Below, piece by piece: positions 10,908 to 20,836 of a stretch of DNA of 64,000 bases. Origin of the DNA: Nitrospirota bacterium (GTDB taxonomy: Bacteria > Nitrospirota > UBA9217); NCBI GenBank assembly GCA_963751455.1, contig CAVVUN010000015.1, forward strand, positions 1,632,001 through 1,696,000. The letters run 5' to 3'. The notes below the pieces were generated by a model. The model worked only from the letters and a program-made list of their open reading frames with translations, was not told where the DNA came from and made no database searches. A program made the translations under genes and the position numbers. How positions within the stretch are numbered: the stretch's first letter is position 1; every line of letters starts with the position of its first letter.

Positions 10908-11765
10908 ATGAAAAGGCTGTACGCGCGGAACCGGGACACTATCATCATCAGCATCCTGGCATTAACGGTCCTCAGCTACGGAAGTACTATAGCGCCTTCC
11001 GCAGCGGCAGCCGAAAAGAACTTCTATGCGGCGGCAGAAGATTTTACCTGGGAAGAGTTTGCCGATGACGGGTCCCGGCTGCTGAAAGAGTCCGGCGTGC
11101 TTACCGGCGTCGGCTTCGTATATTGGAATGAGCTGCCGGACAATATCACGATCAAACCGGTTGCGGAGATATTTGCAGGCACCGTAGATTACGACGGGCA
11201 GGCCTGTGATATAAATACCAATATTTGCGTTCCGGCACGAACTGATGTGGATTACTTCGGCTTGAAGCTGCAGGGAGAAATCGGAAAAAGATCACGGACC
11301 GCAGCAGGTTTTTTCATTGAACCGTTCGGCGGAATCGGCTTTCGCGGCTGGTACAGGGAAATCAACAGCGGAACAGCCGCTGATGGAAGGGCCACAGCGG
11401 GGTACACGGAACAATGGACAACGTTCCATGCAAGACTGGGATTGAGGGGCGGCAGGGACCTCTCAGAGAGAAAACAGGTCTTTGTCGAAGCAGGAGTGAA
11501 ATATCCTCTTTTAAACAGGAATACCGCTTACCTGAGCGATGCCGGGCTCGGTGACGATATCACCATGCACCCGGGGAAAAAGTCTTCTTTGTTCGCTGAA
11601 GCCGGAATGAAAATCAAGACGTTATCGGTAAGCTTGTTTTACGACAGCCTCCGGTTTTCAAAATCGAACGTCGTTGAAACCGTCGAGGGTAATTTCATTA
11701 TTCAGCACTGGCAGCCGAAATCTACTATGGATATGTACGGCCTCAAGGTTGGGGTGATTTTTTAA
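10908..11765 (+). CDS. Putative outer-membrane beta-barrel protein
   Basis: N-terminal signal peptide, alternating aromatic beta-strand pattern, terminal YGLKVGVIF. Confidence 0.65.
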   Translation: MKRLYARNRDTIIISILALTVLSYGSTIAPSAAAAEKNFYAAAEDFTWEEFADDGSRLLKESGVLTGVGFVYWNELPDNITIKPVAEIFAGTVDYDGQACDINTNICVPARTDVDYFGLKLQGEIGKRSRTAAGFFIEPFGGIGFRGWYREINSGTAADGRATAGYTEQWTTFHARLGLRGGRDLSERKQVFVEAGVKYPLLNRNTAYLSDAGLGDDITMHPGKKSSLFAEAGMKIKTLSVSLFYDSLRFSKSNVVETVEGNFIIQHWQPKSTMDMYGLKVGVIF

Positions 11766-11819
11766 AAAGCAATAGTACGCAGATGAACGCAGACGTCACA
11801 GATAAACCGACCGATGAAT

Positions 11820-13295
11820 CTATCCCGGTTCATCGAGCTTCCCGAACGCCTTCAGCACCACTTCGGACAAGGCCGGATGTATATGCATGCCCTTTGCGAC
11901 CGCCCAAAGGTTGTTCTCGCCGGCCATAGCATTCACGACCTCCTGGATCAGTATCGACGCCTGGGGGCCGATAATGTGATAGCCCAGGATCTTCCCGCTC
12001 TTCCGGTGCACGACGGCTTTCGTAAAGCCCTCGGTCTCCATCATTGCTTGTCCGCGGGCAACGTCGCTGTACAGGGCTTTTCCAACCAGGATTTCTTTCT
12101 TCCCCATCAATTTGACGGCCTGCTCTTCTGTCAGTCCGACGGACGCGATCTCCGGATAGGAAAAAACAGCGTGCGGAACGGTCACGTAATTCAGCCGGGA
12201 CTTTTTTCCATGGACGACGTTGTGCCAGACCAGTTCAGCCTCGCGGTTGGCCGTATGCCGGAACATTTTCTTGCCGATGGCGTCGCCGAATGCCCAGATG
12301 TCCTTCTTCGATGTTTCGAAGTATTCGTCGACATGGATATAGCCCCGTTCGTCGGTTTTCACTCCTGTGTTTTCAACGCGCAAAAGATCGGCGTTTGATC
12401 TTCTGCCGGCGGCCACCAGGAGATGGCGGGCGCTTAGTTCGAGTTGCTTTCCGTCCCGCTTCCGGGCGCTGACAATCAGGTTTTTCCCCTCAGTGCGGAC
12501 CTCCACGGCTTCGGTATTAGAATGGACGGACATTCGGCGGGAAAGAGCGGTTTCAAGAAGTTTCGAGACTTCGGGCTCCTCATCGGGCACCAGCCGCGCA
12601 TTGCGCTGCAGGATCGTGACCTTTGTGCCTACAGCCTCGAAGAAGTGGGCAAATTCGGCAGCGATGTAGCCCCCGCCGATGATGATCATGCTGTCCGGCC
12701 GTTCCCGGAGTTCGAGGGCGCTTTCGTTCGTGAGGTACTTCACGGCCTCAATCCCTTTCACTGCGGGGATCGCCGGGCGGGCTCCGCTCGCTATCACGAT
12801 GGTCTTGCCTTTAATGGCGACGGGGTTAACGCCGTTAAAGATTCTCTCTTTATTTTCGGACGGCTTTTCGGCAGATCGCGATGTATTGATGCGCTCGTAC
12901 GATTGGTGCGCATCTTTAACCGGGTGAACTTCGAGCGTATAATCCCCGCTAAAATGAGCTTCACCGAGATAAAAATCGAAGTCATCGGCGTCCTGTAAAG
13001 AGCGTTCAATGTGATCACGGCTCGCTGTGACTTCACTCCTCATGCGTTCCATGATCGCTGCAAAATCTATCTCTTGGATTTCGGCGGTAATGCCGAATTT
13101 TTTAGCTTCGCGTATTTCAACGATTCTATCCGCCGGATAGACCAATAGTTTTGTTGGGATTCAGCCGACGTTGAGGCAGGTGCCTCCCAGCGGTCCCTTG
13201 TCCACAAGGGCCGCGGTTTTCCCATGCGCGAGAGCATCTTCGATTAGGCTTGCACCGCTGCCGCTGCCGATTATGATGACATCGTATTCTTTCAT
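11820..13295 (-). CDS. Class I pyridine nucleotide-disulfide oxidoreductase (dihydrolipoamide dehydrogenase/mycothione reductase-like), probable selenoprotein
   Basis: ATG at 13295 gives MKEYDVIIIGSGSG...GGTCLNVG-TGA(13163-13161)-IPTK, in frame with ORF 11820..13145; also GGGYIAAE, GD and HPALSE motifs. Confidence 0.88.
13126..13142 (-). promoter_or_regulatory. Candidate bacterial SECIS hairpin
   Basis: Minus-strand tctatcc-ggc-ggataga, a 7 bp perfect stem with a G-containing loop about 19 nt 3' of the in-frame TGA. Confidence 0.6.
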
Positions 13296-13454
13296 CTGAA
13301 GTTCGCCTTTCTTCTTGCATGCACCGTCTCATAGGGGTGGATGCCGGTCCGGGGAACTCTCTCGCCGGTTTTATCTATTGTATCATCTTCGGAAAGAGAG
13401 TCAACTGGAAGGAGTAGACGATTGGAAAAGAACGGTGACAGGCAGAAGAAGAAA

Positions 13455-14405
13455 TTACCATTTAAAAGTGAAGATCAGCCCCTTGAGGTCTTTTTGAAAT
13501 ACCGGTTTTATGGAGAGTGTCTTCAAACCTGTTTTCGCGGTTTCTTTTTCCTTGTGATGCCGCGCGAAACCGGTTCCTATTACCGTTCCGAGCGTAATGC
13601 CGGCAAAGACATCAGAGAGGTGGTGTTGATTGTCCTGCACGCGCGAAGCGCCTACAAACGCGGTCGTAAGATACAGCGGAATGGCTATTCTCGGGTCCCA
13701 GTCGTACATTTCCGAAATCGATGCCGCGAGCGTGGCTGTGCTCGAGGCATGGCCCGAGGGAAAGGACAAGCGATCACTGCCGTCGGGACGTTTTCTCCCA
13801 ACCGCATATTTAAACCCCTGGGTTGCCGCCATGTTCACAAGCAAGGCCTCGATTGCGACGATGCCCGTGTCTGCAAGTTTCTTGTCGTTTGACAGTTTTC
13901 CGGTTCCGAATAGCGCGGCTCCGATGCCGGCGTGCAGAGAGAATTGCCCGAGTTTACGACCATACGCGGAAACGTTGCCCAGGGGACGCCGATCGCGGGC
14001 GTAGTCTCCAAACTCGGCATCCAGAGTGAGCGACAATGCCGCCAGTCCGGTTCCAAACAAGGCCAACGGGATATTATCTCGGGAATATAGGCTTTTTGTT
14101 CCATCCGTAATATCGCCGAAAAAATCTTTAAAGTAAGCGCTGGCAGGGGGAACATGATCATTCAGGATCTCTCCGGAATGGGGCCCATCGCCCGTACCGG
14201 CCTCGGCAGACGCGATTTTATCTTCAAATGCACTGAGACTGCGGAAGGTGCCCGCTGTTTTATTGACAGCCGGGGCCGAAAGACCGGGAGGCAAGTCGCT
14301 CATTGAAAAAGCAGTGGCCGATCCGGAAAAAAGGAAAAAAACAAGGCTGATGACAGTGACTGAATTTCGGTATGATTTTTTTCGATAGTGCCGAAACAGA
14401 AGCAT
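13455..14405 (-). CDS. PAP2 family phosphatase
   Basis: KYAVGRKRP, SFPSGH, SRVQDNQHHLSDV. Confidence 0.9.
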   Translation of the reverse strand: MLLFRHYRKKSYRNSVTVISLVFFLFSGSATAFSMSDLPPGLSAPAVNKTAGTFRSLSAFEDKIASAEAGTGDGPHSGEILNDHVPPASAYFKDFFGDITDGTKSLYSRDNIPLALFGTGLAALSLTLDAEFGDYARDRRPLGNVSAYGRKLGQFSLHAGIGAALFGTGKLSNDKKLADTGIVAIEALLVNMAATQGFKYAVGRKRPDGSDRLSFPSGHASSTATLAASISEMYDWDPRIAIPLYLTTAFVGASRVQDNQHHLSDVFAGITLGTVIGTGFARHHKEKETAKTGLKTLSIKPVFQKDLKGLIFTFKW

Positions 14406-14638
14406 AACCGGTAATAAACTCCTTTAAAAGATCGCTGAGCCGATCCGGTATTGTTAAAAAAAGTATTACGATACGAATCAAAAAGTGCACCCATAGTACG
14501 GCATTGTTTTGAGATATGCAATAGAGAGTTAAAGCTCGCGAAGTTGTCTAAGACTTATTTATCATTGACAGGGAACACGCAAAAAAGCTATAACCATCGA
14601 AGCGTTACTATTTTCACAAACGAATAGAAAAGACCCAA

Positions 14639-15820
14639 TTGCACGACCATATTATTAAATACACAAAGAAACTGATCCGTGACCGGACGGCTGTTCCCGA
14701 CAGCGTGCGCTTTTACGTCATGGATGATGCGCTGATAACCAACAGGCAGGATGAATGGCTGCCCGTCTTCGCGCGGGTCTTCACCGGTCTGAATATTACA
14801 GCCCTCCTGTTTGCGCGGTCCTCACTTCCCTTTACTGATTTCCTGATCGCGCGGGCTGATCCCGGTATAAACCGGATCATACCGAAGGACACCGAGACGA
14901 AGACCTTTCTGCATGATATTCCGATCGTGAGAAAAACAGAATGGTCAGGGAAAACGAATAACGAAATAGCCGCCATTTTGATGGGCGCTCTCAAGGAGCG
15001 GAAAGCCGTGATGTTGGAGGGACTTGGCGTCGTAGCAGCAGGCGGTGTAACAATCGAACAGGCCTTTAATGTGTACTCGATGATTTTTCACACAACGTTG
15101 ATTAAATACCTGCTCGATCTTCTCCATGACGGCTTCAAACTGCCGGGGGAGCCGGAAGCTTTTAAGGAGTTCAAAAGCACCTGGGTACGTCCAATCCGAA
15201 CGGAAAATCTTCACTTCGCCCCTGGCCGTTTGTCGGAGCCGGGACAGATCGTTGAGGAACTTCATCGTGTAGGAAGATATACGGTAGGGCAGGGATTGGT
15301 CGATTCTTTCTTCGGAAACATCAGTTATTTTGACGGCAAGACGATTTTTATAAGTCAGACCGCTTCTTCTCTGGACGAGTTGGAGGACCATATCGATCCT
15401 GTTCAACTCGACGCTTCTTCCACAGCCGGTATAACAGCTTCATCCGAGCTTCCTGCTCACCGGGCAATTTATCTTTCGACCGGGTGGCGGGCAGTACTGC
15501 ATGGTCATCCGAAATTCAGCGTCATACTCTCAATGCACTGCCGGGAGGAGGACTGCGGCGTCGAGGATTGCGGCAGGGATTGCAAACGCAGACGCTCGGC
15601 GGGAGGCGTGCCAATCGTTTCCGGTGAAATAGGCGCAGGCGGACTGGCCAGGACCGTACCGAAGGCGACCAGCGAGGCGGGCGCCTGCATCGTGTACGGT
15701 CATGGCGTATTTTCGGCCGGAGAGAACGGTTTCCGTGAGGCCTTTATCAGGATGGCCGAGGTCGAGAACCGCTGCCGCGACGAGTATTTCAGGCTTTTTG
15801 AAATAAAGATCACGGCCTGA
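14639..15820 (+). CDS. Class II aldolase/adducin family protein with a degenerate N-terminal repeat domain
   Basis: GNIS, SSELPAHRAIY, VLHGHP and GHGV metal-binding motifs in the C-terminal half. Confidence 0.8.
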   Translation: MHDHIIKYTKKLIRDRTAVPDSVRFYVMDDALITNRQDEWLPVFARVFTGLNITALLFARSSLPFTDFLIARADPGINRIIPKDTETKTFLHDIPIVRKTEWSGKTNNEIAAILMGALKERKAVMLEGLGVVAAGGVTIEQAFNVYSMIFHTTLIKYLLDLLHDGFKLPGEPEAFKEFKSTWVRPIRTENLHFAPGRLSEPGQIVEELHRVGRYTVGQGLVDSFFGNISYFDGKTIFISQTASSLDELEDHIDPVQLDASSTAGITASSELPAHRAIYLSTGWRAVLHGHPKFSVILSMHCREEDCGVEDCGRDCKRRRSAGGVPIVSGEIGAGGLARTVPKATSEAGACIVYGHGVFSAGENGFREAFIRMAEVENRCRDEYFRLFEIKITA

Positions 15821-17249
15821 TCGTTATATAGATAGTTCCTCCATCCCGGTATACAAGGAGCAGTACAGTGTCGCTCTCTTGTATCTTCGACACTGCCTGA
15901 TCGTAGTCATTGAGCGTCCTGATTTCCTGCCTGTTCACTTCGATGATAATATCATTTACCTGGAGAGCGGCCTGAGAGGGGCTGTCCGCGCTGATGTTTG
16001 TGATTATGACTCCTCCGGCATTGGCAGGCAGTTCCAACTGGTCCCGCAGCGCAGGGGTCAACTCCTGTACCGTAATTCCCTTGAGCACGTTGTTGTAGTC
16101 GATCTTTTTCGTCACTTTCCGCTCTTTATATTCCGTGAGCGTTACCCTGGCGCTGTTCTCCTTGTTGTCCCTGATGAACTTCAATTCCACGGCCTTGCCG
16201 GGCGCAGCAGCTGCAACTGTGTTTCTGAGATTGGTGGCGTCCGTGACCGGCTTCCCGTCGAGATGGGTGATAACGTCGCCCCTCTTGAGTCCTGCCTTAG
16301 CGGCCGGGCTGTCTTTTACCACGTCCGCCACGAGCACCCCGGTTTGCTGTTTGATGCCGAGCGACTTGGCAAGTTCGGGCGTCAGGTTCTGAATGCTTAC
16401 GCCGAGCCATCCCCGGATGACCCTGCCATGCTTGATGATGCTGTCCATCACGGTCCGTATCATCTCTGAGGGTATTGCAAAACCAACCCCCATGTAGCCG
16501 CCGCTTGTCGAGAAGATCGCGGTATTTATGCCGATTACCTCGCCGAGCATATTGACGAGAGCGCCGCCGGAGTTGCCCGGATTGACAGCCGCATCCGTCT
16601 GGATAAAGTCTTCCAGGTCCGCGATGCCGACGTTCGATCTTCCGACAGCGCTCACGATGCCCATCGTGATAGATTGATTCAGACCGAAAGGCGTGCCGAT
16701 TGCCAGAACAAAGTCGCCCTCTTTCAGTTTTTTGGAATCTCCCATCTTCGCGGCCGGAAGCCCCTTGGCGTCGATCTTGATTACGGCGAGATCGGTCCTC
16801 GGATCTGTTCCCACGACCTTGCCCTTGAATTCGCGCTTGTCGGACAGGAGAACCTTGATTTCCTCGGCGCCTTTGATTACGTGATTGTTCGTAAGGATAT
16901 AACCGCTCTCGGACACGATTACTCCCGATCCAAGAGAAGCGGACTTGAATTTCCGTTTCGGATTGTCCTGGTCTCCGAAGAAGCGCCGGAAAAACGGGTC
17001 GTTAAAGAGATCCCCATACGGACCTTCTTCCGCGCTTACGGTGCTTGTTGTCGAAATGTTCACGACCGACGGCTTTGCAACATTGGCGACTTCGGCAAGC
17101 GCCGCGCTTAACCGGGAGAGCAGCTGGACCGAGTCGGGAGATATAGTTTTATCCTTTGGTTCAGCGGCTGCGAAGGCAATGCCCGGGCCAAGCATGCTCA
17201 TGGCCAGGAGAAATGACGCGACTGTCGAGTATATAGCAGGTTTTTTCAT
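15810..17249 (-). CDS. Do/DegQ family serine endoprotease with two PDZ domains
   Basis: LGSGVI, TNNHV, DLAVIK, QTDAAVNPGNSGG; signal peptide. Confidence 0.95.
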   Translation of the reverse strand: MKKPAIYSTVASFLLAMSMLGPGIAFAAAEPKDKTISPDSVQLLSRLSAALAEVANVAKPSVVNISTTSTVSAEEGPYGDLFNDPFFRRFFGDQDNPKRKFKSASLGSGVIVSESGYILTNNHVIKGAEEIKVLLSDKREFKGKVVGTDPRTDLAVIKIDAKGLPAAKMGDSKKLKEGDFVLAIGTPFGLNQSITMGIVSAVGRSNVGIADLEDFIQTDAAVNPGNSGGALVNMLGEVIGINTAIFSTSGGYMGVGFAIPSEMIRTVMDSIIKHGRVIRGWLGVSIQNLTPELAKSLGIKQQTGVLVADVVKDSPAAKAGLKRGDVITHLDGKPVTDATNLRNTVAAAAPGKAVELKFIRDNKENSARVTLTEYKERKVTKKIDYNNVLKGITVQELTPALRDQLELPANAGGVIITNISADSPSQAALQVNDIIIEVNRQEIRTLNDYDQAVSKIQESDTVLLLVYRDGGTIYITIRP

Positions 17250-17413
17250 GTGGTCCCTCCTCATCACACGGTTGAAGTGGCACTTTCTTATGATGCGTCG
17301 ATTAGAAGAATGATGGCATGGTGAACACCGTTGAAAGATGTGCGGATCGCGTGCCCATGAAGCGCCTGTTTCTTAGTATACTACGATTTACATTGGGCGG
17401 AACTGAGACGGGA

Positions 17414-20400
17414 TCATTCGATTCTGGCGCAGAGTTGCAGCTTGTTGCTGTCCAGGAACAACAGATAGCCCTCGACTGATTCGAGAGCGAAGATCTGTTT
17501 GGCCGCTTCGCAGTATAAAGATATTTGAGGACGATAGTGGTCGGTCCATGCCGAGAGGGACAGGTCATTCTCAATGCGAATCGCTTTATAGTCTATCACG
17601 AATCCCCTTTGTCCCCGAATAACGACACGGTCCATGATGCCGCTTACAAGGGCGCGGCCTTTCATAAACAGAAAGGGGAGCTCAGAATAGGACCCGGGCC
17701 TGCGCTCGAATAAAAGCGCGTTTTGAGGATCGTTCAAAGCTGTAGTGATGACGGTATGCACCTCGCGAGCGAAAGCGAGGCGCGCCTCATCCGTGAGCCG
17801 ACGGAGTTCAGCGTGCCCCATCATGATCTTGTCCAGAGCATAGCCGCCGGTTGTCGTTACCTCCTCCAGGCAGCGGTGGAGAATGCTGCCGCGCGTCAGC
17901 GGCGATACGGTCCTGTCATCAGCGGGCACAAAATTTTCCACCCGCTCCTCTTTATCCTGATGAATAAAATCCGTGGCTTTTGTCCAAACTGGTGTTACCG
18001 ACCGCTCAACAGGGGCGAGATTTTCGATAGCCCGGTCCATATCAGGCTCTTTCACGGACGTGCGCTCCGATTCGCTCTCGCATTCTTTTTCCCGGGACAA
18101 ACCGGCTTTTTCCTGGTTTTGACCCTGAAATGCCGAAGGCCGGTCCTCGCCCGATTTTTCCGCAGGACAGGAATATACGGATATGCCGGCCGCAATCCGG
18201 ACAGGCGCATCGAACAGGGGTTTCGGCGAAGCGCCGTGGAGATAAGCAAGCCAGGTATCCGGCTTTACCGCTGATTTGCCGTTCGTCAGCGCGCCGATCA
18301 TGATCAGGTGGTCCCGCGCGCGGGTCATCGCGACATAAAGCAGCCGCTGATGCTCCCGCAGCAGTTCCTCCTGCTCGAGCTTCCATAACTCATCATAGAC
18401 CGGGTTTATTCGGTCCTTAACAGCCATTCGGACCCGTCCTCCGGCGTCATCAAGAATTACCAGCGGCCGGGCAGACAGCGACCTGGAATACTGGTTCATG
18501 CCGGGCAGGAACACGATGGGATATTCGAGCCCCTTGGCCTTGTGTACAGTCATGATGCTGATCGCTCCCTCAAAACCCGGGAGGTTGATGTCAGCAGTGG
18601 ACTCGCGCTGCTCGCTCCGGCGGATATTCTTTACCCTTTCGACAAAGTCCTGCAGGTTCGTATAGCCTCTCCGGTCGAACTCCCGGGCCATGTCGAGCAG
18701 CTTGTCGATATTGAATATTGCCTGCGGATTTATGCTGCCGAAGCGGACATATGCCCCGGTCTCACTTACGATTCTGTGGACCAGACCGGAAAGAGGAATA
18801 AGCCCCGAGATTTCCGCCCAGCTCTGGAAGGAGTTTCCGATGTCCGGCCGGAGCCGCTGAAGGGCGGCAAGCATGTTTCCGTCGTCCTGCAGAAGGTCGA
18901 ATATATCCTGTTCTGAAAGCCCGAAGAGCGGAGATTTGAGGGCCGCTGCAAGCGAAAGCCGGTCCTCTCGGTTCCAGAGGAAGAAAAGCACGTTCACGAG
19001 CGACTGCACCTCGTCTTCGTCGTAAAAACCAATGCCGCCCAGCACCCGGTATGGAATGTTTTCCGCCTGGAGGGCGGCTTCATAGTCCTTTAGCTTTGTG
19101 CGCGACTGGATAAGCACTGCGCAGTCTCCGTATGCGGCCTTCCGTTCTATCCATCCGCTGCCGTTATTCGCGCCCGGTTCTCCAGAACGAACGGAGTTCG
19201 TTTGTTTGCTTCCCTCTGCCGCGCCGGGGGATCGAGGCGGCTGTGCCGTGTCTCCGGCGTTCCCGTCCCGCTCATACACAATTGCGCCGGTCGTTATCAT
19301 CGCTTTTATTTCGCGGGCAAGGATCCGGGCCTCGGCCGGGCCCGCTCCCTTCTCTTCCGGCGACGGCTCGAACTCGATCAGCCTGACGCTCCCCGTATGT
19401 TCGCGGCGTTCGGCGTCCGCGGCGGTGTACGCTTCTCCCCAGAGCGACGTGAAGACCTGGTTCACGGTAGCCATGATCTCCGGCGTGGACCGGAAGTTCC
19501 TGTCAAGCGTCAGTATCTCCCGGGAGTCGGCAGGAAGGTTTACTTCCATCTTCCGCCTCACGTCGTGGATCAGGCGGTAATTCGCCTCTCGAAAACGGTA
19601 GATCGACTGCTTTTCGTCGCCCACCACGAACAAGGTCGGCTGCACCCGCTTGTCCGCTCCCCGGCCGGCAAATATCTCCTCGGTCAACTTTCGGATAATA
19701 GCCCACTGGATATCGCTGGTGTCCTGGAACTCATCAAGCAGGAAGTGCAGGATCTTGCGGTCGAGCCAGTAGAGTATATCCATGGATTCGATGTGCTGCA
19801 GCAGCCGGTACGCGCAGATTTCAAGGTCGTCGAAGTCCAGCACTCCCTCTCGCATTTTCGAGTTTTGATATTTCGTTTCGGCGCGATGGAACAGCGTCAG
19901 AAGACTCTCCGCCTCATGTGCGGCCCGGATGCATGAGTCGAAGCTCCGGACCTGGTGAAGCATCGCCTGGATACTGAAGAAATTCTTTTCATAGTCATCG
20001 CGGTCATTGCCTCTGAATCTCCCCTTTGAAATGGCGGCTTTCCTGCAGGGGGACCAGTCCTTATTGAAGTATAGTGAAGCAATCGATTCGGCAGTCCTTA
20101 AAACGGGATCAACGTCACTCTCCCGGGAAAGAAGCGCATGCTGCCTGCCCATGCATTCATCATACAATTCCGGCTGCGACGCCAGGACTCGTTCCATCCC
20201 GCTGAACCGCGATCGCCACTCGCTGCCGGTAATGAGCGCTTTGAGCTCCGCTTCTGCCCGGGAAGCGTCCATACCCGAACGTACGGCTTCGATCAGCCTC
20301 CGAGGCCCGCCGGCGTCTATTTCCATGCGTTTCAGTCTGCTCCTGATGGAGATGAGGAACGTTATCGTGGCCACGAGATCGTCAGCCGTAAAGCGCTTCA

Positions 20401-20836
20401 ACGGGGCAATAAGGACGGGATCCCGATCCGTTTCTTCGAGTGCTTCTTCGACGGCTTTCTCTATCTTCTGAGTCTGGTCGCGGGTATCGAGCACGCCGAA
20501 ATCCGGAGGAATTCCCGCTTCAAGCGGGTAACGCTTCAGCAGGTTCATGCAGAAGGAGTGGATCGTAGAAATGCGCAGGTCCTGCCTGCCCCGGAGGACC
20601 TCTTTAAGCACTGGTTCTGGCAGTTCCCGCATGACGCGTTCCTTGATCTCCGCGGCTGCCTTGTCCGTGAAGGTGATGGCCACTGCCTGGTCGATGTTCA
20701 GGCCCCGTTGGCGCAGCAGGTCAAGGAGCGCCAAATAGCGGTCCTTGAGCGCACGAGTCTTGCCGGACCCTGCCGAGGCTGAGAGGTGTACGCATTTGGC
20801 GGTATCCGTTGTCTTTTTGTCGCTGTTACGGTTCAT
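17414..20836 (-). CDS. addA: AddA/RecB-like UvrD helicase-nuclease
   Basis: ASAGSGKT, LDEFQDTS, VGDEKQSIYRFR, MTVHKAKGLE, YVAMTRA, C-terminal GIMDRV/IDYK nuclease. Confidence 0.9.
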   Translation of the reverse strand: MNRNSDKKTTDTAKCVHLSASAGSGKTRALKDRYLALLDLLRQRGLNIDQAVAITFTDKAAAEIKERVMRELPEPVLKEVLRGRQDLRISTIHSFCMNLLKRYPLEAGIPPDFGVLDTRDQTQKIEKAVEEALEETDRDPVLIAPLKRFTADDLVATITFLISIRSRLKRMEIDAGGPRRLIEAVRSGMDASRAEAELKALITGSEWRSRFSGMERVLASQPELYDECMGRQHALLSRESDVDPVLRTAESIASLYFNKDWSPCRKAAISKGRFRGNDRDDYEKNFFSIQAMLHQVRSFDSCIRAAHEAESLLTLFHRAETKYQNSKMREGVLDFDDLEICAYRLLQHIESMDILYWLDRKILHFLLDEFQDTSDIQWAIIRKLTEEIFAGRGADKRVQPTLFVVGDEKQSIYRFREANYRLIHDVRRKMEVNLPADSREILTLDRNFRSTPEIMATVNQVFTSLWGEAYTAADAERREHTGSVRLIEFEPSPEEKGAGPAEARILAREIKAMITTGAIVYERDGNAGDTAQPPRSPGAAEGSKQTNSVRSGEPGANNGSGWIERKAAYGDCAVLIQSRTKLKDYEAALQAENIPYRVLGGIGFYDEDEVQSLVNVLFFLWNREDRLSLAAALKSPLFGLSEQDIFDLLQDDGNMLAALQRLRPDIGNSFQSWAEISGLIPLSGLVHRIVSETGAYVRFGSINPQAIFNIDKLLDMAREFDRRGYTNLQDFVERVKNIRRSEQRESTADINLPGFEGAISIMTVHKAKGLEYPIVFLPGMNQYSRSLSARPLVILDDAGGRVRMAVKDRINPVYDELWKLEQEELLREHQRLLYVAMTRARDHLIMIGALTNGKSAVKPDTWLAYLHGASPKPLFDAPVRIAAGISVYSCPAEKSGEDRPSAFQGQNQEKAGLSREKECESESERTSVKEPDMDRAIENLAPVERSVTPVWTKATDFIHQDKEERVENFVPADDRTVSPLTRGSILHRCLEEVTTTGGYALDKIMMGHAELRRLTDEARLAFAREVHTVITTALNDPQNALLFERRPGSYSELPFLFMKGRALVSGIMDRVVIRGQRGFVIDYKAIRIENDLSLSAWTDHYRPQISLYCEAAKQIFALESVEGYLLFLDSNKLQLCARIE

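Noticed and set aside
11820-13295. Pseudogene interpretation of the TGA-interrupted reductase and rhodanese
   Set aside because: Both TGAs fall in the Cys-containing active-site motif, both have downstream hairpins, and there is no other decay. Sec is more parsimonious, though unproven.
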